Positions 24,503 through 33,986 of a stretch of 35,614 bases of DNA are shown here, piece by piece. The notes below the pieces were generated by a model. It made no database searches. It was not told the origin of the DNA and saw only the letters and a list, made by a program, of their open reading frames with translations. Both the position numbers and the translations under genes were made by a program. The stretch's first letter is position 1, and the number at the start of each line of letters is the position of its first letter. Origin of the DNA: a virus. The stretch lies in the UHGV virus genome UHGV-0227898. One strand, given 5' to 3'.

Positions 24503-25066
24503 ATGACTTCGAGTGTCTCTATCTGCTCAAACGCACTTCTGGCGCTGGGTGCTCACCCGATAAACGATTTCGACGAAGACACGGATCATGCCCGTCTTTG
24601 CGCCAACCTTTACCCTACCGTTCGCAATAAATTACTCCGTGCTCACCCGTGGAATTGCGCGATAAAACGCGTTGTGCTCTCACCTGTCAGCGCTGCGCCC
24701 GTATTTGGGTATGGTTATCAGTTTTCCCTGCCCGGTGATCTTATTCGCGTCCTGTCAGTTGGCGAACCGCGTGACGATATTGATTACCGGATTGAGGGCA
24801 GCAGGCTGCTGGCGAATATCGATGTGATTCGCCTGCGTTATATATTCCGTAACGAGGACGAGTCGACGTGGGACGCCGCGCTGGTGGATGTGGCTGAAAT
24901 GACGATGCAGTCCAAGCTGGCATATGCGGTAACCGGGTCCACTAGCCTGCGTGACAGCCTGACGCAGGAGGCTGCGTTTTTGCTTAAACAGGCAAAAGCT
25001 GTCGACGGCCAGGAAGATCCGCCGGAAGAGCTTGGCGGTTACCCTACCTATGAGTCGAGGTTCTGA
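24503..25066 (+). CDS. Tail tubular protein A (T7 gp11-like)
   Basis: 187 aa (gp11 is 196). Segment IDVIRLRYIFRNEDESTWDAALVDVAEMTMQSKLAYA parallels gp11 [28 protein letters not shown]. Confidence 0.65.
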   Translation: MTSSVSICSNALLALGAHPINDFDEDTDHARLCANLYPTVRNKLLRAHPWNCAIKRVVLSPVSAAPVFGYGYQFSLPGDLIRVLSVGEPRDDIDYRIEGSRLLANIDVIRLRYIFRNEDESTWDAALVDVAEMTMQSKLAYAVTGSTSLRDSLTQEAAFLLKQAKAVDGQEDPPEELGGYPTYESRF

Positions 25067-25067
25067 C

Positions 25068-27056
25068 ATGCGTGCGAACCTCATAAAAACCAATTTCACC
25101 GCGGGCGAAGTTTCCCCGCGCCTGATGGGTCGTGTCGATATCGCCCGCTACGCCAACGGCGCGAAGATTATCGAAAACGCTGTTGTGGTCGTGCAGGGCG
25201 GCGTTGTGCGCAGACCTGGTACACGCTTTGCGGCGGCGACCAAACACGGTGATAAAAAATCCCGACTCATTCCCTACGTGTTTAACCGCTCTCAGGCTTA
25301 CATGCTGGAGTTCGGCGACGGTTACATGCGCATTTTTCAGAACGGTAAGCAGTTGGTCAACGAAGACAACACGCCGTATGAAATCGCCAGCCCATATACC
25401 TCTGACATGCTGCCCGCTGTGAATTATGTCCAGGGCGCTGACACCATGTTTCTGGTTCATCAGTCCGTGAAGCCTCACCGTCTCCAGCGACGCGGTCAAA
25501 CCGACTGGGTGCTTGAGCCTGCACCGTTCATCGTTGAGCCGTTCGACGAGGTACGCGATACACCGCAGAAATGGTGTAAGCCATCCGTCAAAGAGTTCGT
25601 GGGCTCTGAAATTACGCTGACCCTGAGCGATGCGGATCCGGGAGACAATCCAAGCCCGCCATTCACTGGCGCAGGCTGGGTTGCTCAGGATGTAGGCTCA
25701 TATGTCCGCCTTAATGACGGGCTGGTACTGATAAAGAGCATTACCAGTGCGCAGATTGCCGTCGGTACCATCCGTAGCGACTTAACAGCAACGCAGGCAG
25801 CCTCACCGGGTTCGTGGACGCGCGAGGACACGGTCTGGACAGATGCGTTTGGCTATCCCGGTGCGGTTACGCTGTACCAGCAACGCCTTGTCCTGGCGGG
25901 TTCACCAAAGTATCCGCAAACCATCTGGTGGAGTGAAACGGGCGTTTATCTGTCCTTTGAGATTGGTACCGAAGATGATGACGCGATCAGCTTCACGCTG
26001 TCTTCTGACCAGCTCAACCCGATTGTGCATCTGGCGCAGATGAATACCCTGATTGCGCTAACCTACGGCGGCGAGTTTACGATCACCTCCGGCAATGATG
26101 CGGCCATTACTCCGACCAATATTTCGGTGAAAAACCCAAGCCCGTACGGTTGCAACGGGATCCGCCCGGTGCGCGTTGGTACCGAAATCATGTTTGTACA
26201 GCGCGCTGGCCGTAAGCTCTATGCGGTAGCGTACGACCCAGACAGCTTTGTTTCCTATTCCGCCAACGATATGACGGTGCTGGCCGAGCACATCACCTCT
26301 GGTGGCGTGCTGGACATGGCATATCAGCAACAGCCGGATGCATTTATCTGGATGGTCAGAGCGGATGGTGTTGCGGTCACCATGGCTATCGATCGCGCTC
26401 AGGACGTTATCGCATGGTCCCGTCAGGTGACTGCCGGCGTGTTTGAATCGGTGGCTACCATTCCGTCCGAAACCGACGATGTGGTTTACGCTATCGTTCG
26501 TCGTGAAATAAACGGCCAGACAGTTCGCTATGTCGAGGTTTTCGACAGCAAACTTTATACCGATGCTGCAGTTACCGGCACCAGTAGTGACGGTTCTGCC
26601 ACCTGGACCGGTCTTGCTCACCTTGAGGGGCAGACGGTTGATGTGGTGGCCGATGGCGCTGTTATGCCGCAGCACACAGTTTCCTCAGGTCAAATCACAC
26701 TGTCTCGCCCGGCGAAAAGCGTGGAGATCGGCCTGCATTTCGAAAGTACGATCGAAACGCTTTCGCCAGAGGTTCAGACCACTGAAGGTACGACACAGAA
26801 CGCCAGGAAGCGCACCAGCGAAGTGACGATGCGTTTTCTCGAAACCACTGGTGCAGAGTGCAACGGCCAGGTCATCCCGTTCCGTCGGTTCGGTCCAAAA
26901 ATCCTCAACCAGCCCGCACCACTTTTCACCGGCGATCACTACTGGGGAAAACTCGGCTGGGAGCGCGGGGAAGACACCCTGCTTATCCAGCAGCGCCAGC
27001 CGCTGCCATTCCACCTTCTCGCAATTATTTTCACGTTCACCAGTAACGGGGGCTGA
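25068..27056 (+). CDS. Tail tubular protein B (T7 gp12 position)
   Basis: 662 aa, GAGG RBS. Position after the gp11-like gene. Assignment mainly by synteny. Confidence 0.55.
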   Translation: MRANLIKTNFTAGEVSPRLMGRVDIARYANGAKIIENAVVVVQGGVVRRPGTRFAAATKHGDKKSRLIPYVFNRSQAYMLEFGDGYMRIFQNGKQLVNEDNTPYEIASPYTSDMLPAVNYVQGADTMFLVHQSVKPHRLQRRGQTDWVLEPAPFIVEPFDEVRDTPQKWCKPSVKEFVGSEITLTLSDADPGDNPSPPFTGAGWVAQDVGSYVRLNDGLVLIKSITSAQIAVGTIRSDLTATQAASPGSWTREDTVWTDAFGYPGAVTLYQQRLVLAGSPKYPQTIWWSETGVYLSFEIGTEDDDAISFTLSSDQLNPIVHLAQMNTLIALTYGGEFTITSGNDAAITPTNISVKNPSPYGCNGIRPVRVGTEIMFVQRAGRKLYAVAYDPDSFVSYSANDMTVLAEHITSGGVLDMAYQQQPDAFIWMVRADGVAVTMAIDRAQDVIAWSRQVTAGVFESVATIPSETDDVVYAIVRREINGQTVRYVEVFDSKLYTDAAVTGTSSDGSATWTGLAHLEGQTVDVVADGAVMPQHTVSSGQITLSRPAKSVEIGLHFESTIETLSPEVQTTEGTTQNARKRTSEVTMRFLETTGAECNGQVIPFRRFGPKILNQPAPLFTGDHYWGKLGWERGEDTLLIQQRQPLPFHLLAIIFTFTSNGG

Positions 27057-27057
27057 C

Positions 27058-27507
27058 ATGGTACGTAACGCAAAAGCCGGGGACATCCCGGCGCTGATCG
27101 AGCTGGGTGCGCGGATGTATATCGAGTCCCGATATTCGCAGAATTCGCCCTTTGATGAAGAAAAATGCGCAGAGCTCGCCCGCAACCTTATTTCGTCTCC
27201 CGCTGGTTGCCTGCTGGTGGCCGAAAAAGACGGCGCTGTAATCGGCTGGCTGGCCGGTGGTATTGCTGAGCAGTGGTTCAGCCGCCAGTTGATGGCGTTT
27301 GAGTATGGGCTTTTTATCGCGCAGGAACATCGCGGCGGTACAGCTGGCCCGCGTCTCGCGAAAGCGTTTATCACATGGGCTGAAGACCACGGAGCCGCGC
27401 TCATAAACATGGGGATCACCACGGGCGTGCATGAAGAGCGCACGGGTGATTTGTATTCACGTCTCGGCCTGTCGCGCACCGGTCTGCTTTATTCCAAAGA
27501 GGTGTAA
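27058..27507 (+). CDS. GNAT-family N-acetyltransferase occupying the T7 gp13 (internal virion protein A) slot
   Basis: 149 aa. GNAT motif A (QEHRGGTAGPRLAKAF = Q/R-x-x-G-x-A). 1-bp spacing to the upstream gene and 2 bp to the downstream gp14-like gene. Confidence 0.7.
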   Translation: MVRNAKAGDIPALIELGARMYIESRYSQNSPFDEEKCAELARNLISSPAGCLLVAEKDGAVIGWLAGGIAEQWFSRQLMAFEYGLFIAQEHRGGTAGPRLAKAFITWAEDHGAALINMGITTGVHEERTGDLYSRLGLSRTGLLYSKEV

Positions 27508-27509
27508 CG

Positions 27510-27977
27510 ATGTGTACCGGTTTAGAGGTGGCTGCAATTGGCGCGTCCGTTCTTGCTGCGGGTGGCGCTGTCTATAGTGGTCAGCAGCAAAAGAAAATGT
27601 CCAACTATCAGGCAGCGCAGGCAGAAGCCGATGCAGAAGCCGCGCAGGCAGCTGCACGCGTGGAAGCTGATCGCATCCGTAAGGCGGGCAGGGCACAGGC
27701 AGCGCAGGCAAATGCAGCGCTGGCTGCGTCAGGCGTGGATACGGGAGAAGGTACCGCATTGCGTATCCAGTCCGGCATCGTGGGTGACGCTGAACAGGAT
27801 GCGTACCAGACCATTCTGAATGGTGCGAACCAGAGCGCACGGCTCAACGCGCAGGCATCTGCCGACCGCATCAGCGGCCGTAATGCTTCAACATCTGGCT
27901 ACATCAGCGCGGGCAGCTCACTGCTGAGCGCGGGTGGCACAGCGTACAACGGCTGGAAAAAAGCAGGGAGTAAATAA
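27510..27977 (+). CDS. Internal virion protein B (T7 gp14-like)
   Basis: N-terminus MCTGLEVAAIGASVLAAGGAVYSGQQQKKMSNYQAAQ parallels T7 gp14 MCWAAAIPIAISGAQAISGQNAQAKMIAAQ. Ala/Gln-rich. Confidence 0.7.
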   Translation: MCTGLEVAAIGASVLAAGGAVYSGQQQKKMSNYQAAQAEADAEAAQAAARVEADRIRKAGRAQAAQANAALAASGVDTGEGTALRIQSGIVGDAEQDAYQTILNGANQSARLNAQASADRISGRNASTSGYISAGSSLLSAGGTAYNGWKKAGSK

Positions 27978-27979
27978 CC

Positions 27980-30688
27980 GTGAGAATTCCAACGGGTAAT
28001 TTTGGCAACGTTACGCCGCAGGCTAATCCAACCCGGGTCGGGGTCAGTAATGTTGGTCAGATAGGTAATGCTGTAGCCGGGCTGGGGGCTGCTCTGGGCC
28101 AGACTGTAGATGATTTGCAGCGTACGCAGGATAAAGCTGACGTGGCCGCTACCCAGGCGATACTTACCGATCTCGATGCGAAATCCAGCGACCGCTGGGA
28201 GAACCCTGAGACCGGCGCGCTGGTAACCCGGCAGGGGTTCAAATCTTCTGGCGTCGGCCTGGACATGGATAAACTGGACTCCTCCGACTATGAAGAAGCC
28301 CGCAAACGTGTACCGCAGAGCCAGCTGCAGTATTTTGATGCGCAATGGAAAGCGGGTCAGATCCGCCGCGCCAGCACCTACAACAGCTTTGAGCGTAGCC
28401 AGACCGAACAGGCCCAGCGCCAGCAACTCGACGCGACGGTAAAATCGTCCGTTGAACAGGAAGCGGGGGCGTTTGATGATCCGCAGGCCGCTGCGTTGAT
28501 TCGGGGTGCGCGCCAGCACTCCATTTCACTGTATGGCCAGGCACAAGGTTGGTCGCAGGAACAAATTGACCAGGCTGTTTCTGAGGCCAACTTACGCGCT
28601 ATGGATCAGCGAGCCCAGAACTATGCAGTAACCAATCCTCAGGGCTGGTTAAATGGCGATTTTCCCGTGAAAGATACCGGTGCGCTGGATATGCGCGCCA
28701 TCGGAATTGTTGAATCTGGCGGTAAGCATTTTAATGTCGACGGGAGCATTATCACTTCGCCCGCCGGTGCGCAGGGAAAATACCAGCTGATGCCGGACAC
28801 GGGCAAAGAGCTGGCGGCGAAGCGCGGAGTTGAATACAACCCGGCAGATGAAGAACAAAACGCCCTGCTGGCGAGCGATTACGCAAATCAGCTGTACGGT
28901 AAATATGGCTCTGAAATGCTGGCGGGTGCTGCATATAACTGGGGTATGGGAAACGTTGACAAGCTGATCGCGAAAACCGGAGACCCACGCAAGGGCGAAA
29001 TATCTGAGGCTGATTTTGTTCGGCAGCTACCTGCGGAAACTCGCGGGTGGCTGGCCCGGTACCGTAAAAATAAAACCGGTCTCGATCCTGTGTCGGTTAA
29101 CAAAATCGATAACATCGCTGAGTCGAAAATCCGTGAGCAGCGCACAGCTCTGCGCGAGCAAATCGACCCCATCCTGAATAATACGATGGCGCAGCTGTAC
29201 AACGGGGAAGTGCCTGACGCGATGCCCGATAAGGCATCAATTATGTTTGCGTACGGTGAACAGGGGGCAAAGGCAGTTAAGCAGCTCGATATCGCGATCA
29301 ACAACGCCAAAACCTTCCAGGCGATACAGTACGTATCCCCGGAACAGCAGCAGGCAGAAATCGCAAAGTTAAAGCCTCAGGCAAATGACCCTGATTATGC
29401 GCTCAAGCTCGATGCGTATGGCAAGCTCGGCGCGCTGGTCCAGAAAAGCAATGAAGCGATACAGGTGCAGCGTGATGCCCGTCGTTTTAACGAAGCGCTG
29501 TCTATGGGCGAGAAACTCGACCCTACAAATAAATCCATGCAAAAAGCCGCCGACGCCACGCCAACGGCGCAAAACTTCCGGATTAACGATGCCACCACCC
29601 ATGACGGGATTGTGCAGCAGGTGGCTCAGACCGGGATCATCCCTTCGCAGGTAACCACCCAGTTATCGGCGATTTCCCGCTCGCGCAGTCCTGAGGCGGT
29701 CCGTCAGGGAGCCGAGTTATTTAATCGTCTCTATGACACGGATCCCGCGTCTGTTGGCGACATGCCAAAGGACATGCAGGGATTTTATCTCACCGTTAAG
29801 CAGCTTACCGATTCTGGCATGGCGTCCGAAACTGCTATCGAGCAGGCGCAGAATCTGACCTACAACCAGACCGATGCGCTCAAAGCGCAACTGGCCTCAA
29901 CCCAGAGCACCAAGGAATACAAAAAAGACCGCAGCAAAGCGATGGATTCCGCTGTGAGCAGCATGTCGGGCTTCTTTAGCTGGGGAAATCCATCCGCCGA
30001 CGATCAGACGCCAGAGGCCGCACGTTTCCGCAACGATTATCAGTCACTGTATGACATTAATTACCGAACCACTGGCGGCAATGCGGATGCGGCCAAAAAA
30101 ATGACCAACCAGCAGATCGCCCGCACATGGAGTATCAGCGAGGTAAACGGCGACGCCAAACTTATGAAATACGCGCCAGAGGCACTCTATAACTACGGTC
30201 CGTCAGGCTGGCAGGCGGCACAGTGGAAAGAAGAAAAAGAGAGCCTGATGTACGGTGAGCGCAAGGGCGAGATCACCACCAGCCCGACGCAGCTTGGTAT
30301 TACTTCCGGTAGCGCTGCACCTGTTACCAGCAAAACGCCGGAATCGCGTATTGGCGGAGAGCTGGAGATAACTCCTGATGTACTGACGGCCCGCAATGGC
30401 GATTACGCCATCATGGTGCGGACAAAAGATAAGGATGGTATCGAAGCGGTACAGCCGTTCTACGATTCGTACGGCAGGCCAATGCGCTGGAAACCATCAC
30501 TGGAAGAGTGGGCACCATACAAAAAAATGCAGGAAGAGCGCGAAGAACATGATCGAAATGAGCTGCAACGCGGCCAGGACATTCGCGGGTTCAAAGATAA
30601 ACACCGTGCGCTCGACGAACAATATAAGCGCCTGCACAACGAGCGTATGGACAGGGTTAAAAATTACTTTTCGTGGAGCACTGAATAA
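27980..30688 (+). CDS. Internal virion / ejection protein (gp15 position) containing a soluble-lytic-transglycosylase (SLT) domain
   Basis: 902 aa, GTG start. SLT-like segment GIVESGGKHFNVDGSIITSPAGAQGKYQLMPDTGKEL...AGAAYNWGMGNV (catalytic Glu in ES, QLMP/AYN motifs). Confidence 0.7.
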   Translation: MRIPTGNFGNVTPQANPTRVGVSNVGQIGNAVAGLGAALGQTVDDLQRTQDKADVAATQAILTDLDAKSSDRWENPETGALVTRQGFKSSGVGLDMDKLDSSDYEEARKRVPQSQLQYFDAQWKAGQIRRASTYNSFERSQTEQAQRQQLDATVKSSVEQEAGAFDDPQAAALIRGARQHSISLYGQAQGWSQEQIDQAVSEANLRAMDQRAQNYAVTNPQGWLNGDFPVKDTGALDMRAIGIVESGGKHFNVDGSIITSPAGAQGKYQLMPDTGKELAAKRGVEYNPADEEQNALLASDYANQLYGKYGSEMLAGAAYNWGMGNVDKLIAKTGDPRKGEISEADFVRQLPAETRGWLARYRKNKTGLDPVSVNKIDNIAESKIREQRTALREQIDPILNNTMAQLYNGEVPDAMPDKASIMFAYGEQGAKAVKQLDIAINNAKTFQAIQYVSPEQQQAEIAKLKPQANDPDYALKLDAYGKLGALVQKSNEAIQVQRDARRFNEALSMGEKLDPTNKSMQKAADATPTAQNFRINDATTHDGIVQQVAQTGIIPSQVTTQLSAISRSRSPEAVRQGAELFNRLYDTDPASVGDMPKDMQGFYLTVKQLTDSGMASETAIEQAQNLTYNQTDALKAQLASTQSTKEYKKDRSKAMDSAVSSMSGFFSWGNPSADDQTPEAARFRNDYQSLYDINYRTTGGNADAAKKMTNQQIARTWSISEVNGDAKLMKYAPEALYNYGPSGWQAAQWKEEKESLMYGERKGEITTSPTQLGITSGSAAPVTSKTPESRIGGELEITPDVLTARNGDYAIMVRTKDKDGIEAVQPFYDSYGRPMRWKPSLEEWAPYKKMQEEREEHDRNELQRGQDIRGFKDKHRALDEQYKRLHNERMDRVKNYFSWSTE

Positions 30689-33579
30689 TGCCGGTATACG
30701 CCACCCCTGAAGAACTGAATAACGGATTCACTCCGGCGGGCAATGTCCTGGCGGCACCTTCCGGGTTTGATGTCCCTCTGCCTGAAGGTACCAACCCGGC
30801 ACCTCAGCGGGATGAGCCGTCTGTGTGGGGCGCAGCATTTCGCCAGAATAACTTGCTGGGGCAGATGTTCCGCCCGGCTAAGCAGTTCGAGCCGGTAGAC
30901 GGGTACAATCCGTATGTTGATAAAAACGAGCTGCACGGATACGAACAATGGGGATCTGCTTTTGCTGATTCCCGTTCACCGGAAGAAACTGCCTGGCTTA
31001 AACAGCAGATTGACGACGAAAACGAGGACCGTCTGGTGCTTTCAGAGGCGGGCGGGGAGGGTGTCCTGGCCAGTATTGCCGCCGGGGTTGTCGACCCGGT
31101 TACAGTCGCTTCGATGTTTATTCCCGGTGCTCAGGGCGGTACAGTGGCCCGTATCGCGTCACAGGCTGCTATCGGTGCAGCTGCAACAGCAGCGAGCGAG
31201 GTTGCGCTGAACAACCAACAGATCACCCGCACGTGGGGGGAGAGCGCTTCCCACGTCGCAGCCGGTGCGTTGATGAGCGGGGTATTTGCGGCGGCGGGGG
31301 CAGCGCTGACACCCTCTGTTCGCACAGCGGCCACGCGTGAAGTGGCTGATGCGCTCGATAATATGAGTATCACGTCAGCGACGGATACGGCTGCTGCCTC
31401 ACTCCCGGAAGGGGGCAGCGTCGGCGCGGCGCGAATCAGTGAGGCCACGCTCGAGGATCTCACCCCGGCAGCTGGCGGACCGGTCGGTAAACTGGCACGT
31501 AAGGCAGGGAGCTATCTGACACCGTTTACCCGCCTGATGGAGTCACCGTCTAAAACCTCCCGCCGCACCGCGCTTGAGCTGGCAGAGAATAACTACACAC
31601 TGCAGGGCAATGCCCGCGGCATTGAGACACCTATTGCGGCGGAAACCCGTGTTCGCGGGTGGCGTCGTGAAGAAGCTGCTGTCGTGGTGACCAACAAGCA
31701 GGCCTACAGCCAGTATAAAGCCGCCGGGGGCGACCTGAGTTTTTCACAGTTCCGTGAGGAGGTAGGTAACGCCATGCGCAGCGGCGATGTGCATGCAAAC
31801 CCGGTGGTGCAGGAAGCGGCGCAGGCGATGCGCACAGTTATTAACCGGGTGAAGGTGGCGCAGCAAAAGCTTGGCCTGCTGCCGCCTGACGAGGAGCTTA
31901 AAGCCATCGGTCAGGAGAGTTATTTCCCGCGCGTCTACAAAGTCGGCAAGATCGTCAACGAGCGTGATAAGTTCCGCGACATGCTGGTCGACTGGTGGTC
32001 GCGTGGTGAGAAAACCATGTCCCGTGAAGAGGCTGAAATTACTGCTGACGCCACGATCAATAAAATCGTCGGTGCAAAAATTCCGCAGGATTTTGCAAAT
32101 GTCTTTATGGTGAAAGCGGCGGGTAGCACCCGGTCGCGTACGCTCAGCGTTCCCGATCGCCTGATGAAAGATTATCTGGAGAGCGACGCCAACTATGTGC
32201 TGCAGCGTCACATTCGTGAAGCATCGGCAGAGGTTGAGCTGACGCGTGCATTTGGTAACAAATCGCTGGAGAAGCAGCTCAAGGATATTCAGGACGAATA
32301 CGATGCGCTGATGCGCCAGAATCCCAAAGACCAGGCAAAACTGGCGAAAGCCCGCGATAACGATATTCGTGATATCACTGCGCTGCGCGACCGTCTGGCG
32401 GGTACCTACGGCATGCCGGACGATCCATCATCATTTTTCGTACGCGCCGGTGCGTTCCTTCGCAGCGCTAACTTTGTCACCAAGCTGGGCGGTATGACCG
32501 TTTCCGCTATTCCTGATCTCGCGCGTGGTGTGATGGTTAATGGCTTTGGCAATACCATGCGCGGTTACTCTGCGTTGATCACCCGCTCACCGGCATTCAA
32601 GGCAAGCCGCGCCGAGCAGTTAAAAATGGCCGTCGGGCTGGAAACCATCCTTCATACCCGTGCGCGTACGATGGGTGACCTTGTGGACAGTTCCGCCCGT
32701 ACAACGGCAGTGGAAGCGGGTATGGAGCGTGTTACCGATGCGTTCGGCAAGCTCACACTGATGGGCCACTTCGACGATATGAACAAATCGGTGAATGGTA
32801 TGATCACGTCCGACGGCATTCTCTCCGGCTCGTTCGCCGGTCGCCGCCTGGCTAAGCTTGGCATTAACGACAATATGGCCGCGCGTATCCGCAGCGAGTT
32901 CGAAAAACACGGAGAGGTAATCAACGGCTGGCACATCGGTAATTTTGAGAAATGGGACGATCAGCACGTTGCTGGTGTCTTCCAGTCGGCGGTGCTGAAA
33001 GATGTGAACAATACCGTTATCACTCCGGGGATCGGTGATACACCTCTGTGGGCGAGTACGCCGCTGGGTAAAACCATCTTCCAGTTTAAATCCTTCGCTA
33101 CCGCATCCTATAACCGCGCCACGCTGGGCGGCCTGCAGGAGGGAACCGGGCAGTTTTATTACGGTACCGCTTTTCAGATTGGGCTTGGTGCGCTTACGTA
33201 CGCGCTTAAGCAGTCTGCAAACGGCAAGGAGGTAGACTGGTCGCCGCAGAAACTGGTTATTGAAGGTATTGACCGCTCAGGTATTCTCGGCCCGTTAATG
33301 GAATATAACAATATGGCGGAAAAGGCCTCCGGCGGTATGGTGGGGCTGGGGGCATTGCTCGGTACCGGTACACAGTCACGTTATGCCAGTCGCGGTTTTA
33401 TCGGCTCCGCGCTTGGTCCAACGTTCGGTCTGCTCGATACCATTACAGATGTGACAGCTGGTGTACTCAACGGCGATGCCGGTGATCGGGTGCTGCATAA
33501 CGTTCGTACGCTTTTGCCGGGGAATAACCTTTTCTGGATTGCCCCGCTGATAAATCAAGTTGACCCCGGCATGCGGTAA
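30688..33579 (+). CDS. Internal virion / ejection protein (gp16 position), 963 aa
   Basis: Size, position, Ala/Gly-rich mixed-helical composition. Start overlaps the upstream stop (TGAATAATG). Confidence 0.6.
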   Translation: MPVYATPEELNNGFTPAGNVLAAPSGFDVPLPEGTNPAPQRDEPSVWGAAFRQNNLLGQMFRPAKQFEPVDGYNPYVDKNELHGYEQWGSAFADSRSPEETAWLKQQIDDENEDRLVLSEAGGEGVLASIAAGVVDPVTVASMFIPGAQGGTVARIASQAAIGAAATAASEVALNNQQITRTWGESASHVAAGALMSGVFAAAGAALTPSVRTAATREVADALDNMSITSATDTAAASLPEGGSVGAARISEATLEDLTPAAGGPVGKLARKAGSYLTPFTRLMESPSKTSRRTALELAENNYTLQGNARGIETPIAAETRVRGWRREEAAVVVTNKQAYSQYKAAGGDLSFSQFREEVGNAMRSGDVHANPVVQEAAQAMRTVINRVKVAQQKLGLLPPDEELKAIGQESYFPRVYKVGKIVNERDKFRDMLVDWWSRGEKTMSREEAEITADATINKIVGAKIPQDFANVFMVKAAGSTRSRTLSVPDRLMKDYLESDANYVLQRHIREASAEVELTRAFGNKSLEKQLKDIQDEYDALMRQNPKDQAKLAKARDNDIRDITALRDRLAGTYGMPDDPSSFFVRAGAFLRSANFVTKLGGMTVSAIPDLARGVMVNGFGNTMRGYSALITRSPAFKASRAEQLKMAVGLETILHTRARTMGDLVDSSARTTAVEAGMERVTDAFGKLTLMGHFDDMNKSVNGMITSDGILSGSFAGRRLAKLGINDNMAARIRSEFEKHGEVINGWHIGNFEKWDDQHVAGVFQSAVLKDVNNTVITPGIGDTPLWASTPLGKTIFQFKSFATASYNRATLGGLQEGTGQFYYGTAFQIGLGALTYALKQSANGKEVDWSPQKLVIEGIDRSGILGPLMEYNNMAEKASGGMVGLGALLGTGTQSRYASRGFIGSALGPTFGLLDTITDVTAGVLNGDAGDRVLHNVRTLLPGNNLFWIAPLINQVDPGMR

Positions 33580-33581
33580 TC

Positions 33582-33597
33582 GGTCGGGATTCCGACC
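33582..33597. repeat. Copy 3 of GGTCGGGATTCCGACC, 3 nt after the gp16-like stop and upstream of the small terminase
   Basis: Exact 16-mer. Confidence 0.9.
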
Positions 33598-33615
33598 TTA
33601 AACCCGCGCCATCAT

Positions 33616-33644
33616 AGCCCTGTATTCACTACGGGGCTTTTTTT
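33616..33644 (+). terminator. Terminator-like hairpin (agccctgta-ttcac-tacggggct, 9 bp with one G-U) plus T7 tract that runs directly into the terS ATG; sequesters the GGGG SD
   Basis: Seen directly; T-tract 33638-33644, ATG 33645. Confidence 0.55.
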
Positions 33645-33986
33645 ATGCATCAGGATTACAAAACACGCCTTACCGCTCTGAGCGATAAACTCACCGACGT
33701 GGTGCTCGAAGAAGCCGATCCGGATAACTGGCCGGGGGCGGGAAAGAAACCGAGCGAGCTGACCAAAGACGAACGCGGCGACCGCTACTGGGATAAGAAA
33801 AACGCAGCTGCATCGTTGACACTGCTGATTAAGGTGCATTCACTTATCGGCATGCAGACGCGGGGCGGGACACCCTCTGATAACCCTGGTCAGGATGATG
33901 AAGCCTTTGCACTGGGCCAGCAGGTTTCGAAGGCTGAGCGCGAAGCGGCCGCAATTATTGAGCGACTGCAGAAAGGCAAAAAATGA
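33645..33986 (+). CDS. Terminase small subunit (T7 gp18 position)
   Basis: 113 aa, immediately upstream of and overlapping (ATGA) the large terminase. Confidence 0.55.
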   Translation: MHQDYKTRLTALSDKLTDVVLEEADPDNWPGAGKKPSELTKDERGDRYWDKKNAAASLTLLIKVHSLIGMQTRGGTPSDNPGQDDEAFALGQQVSKAEREAAAIIERLQKGKK

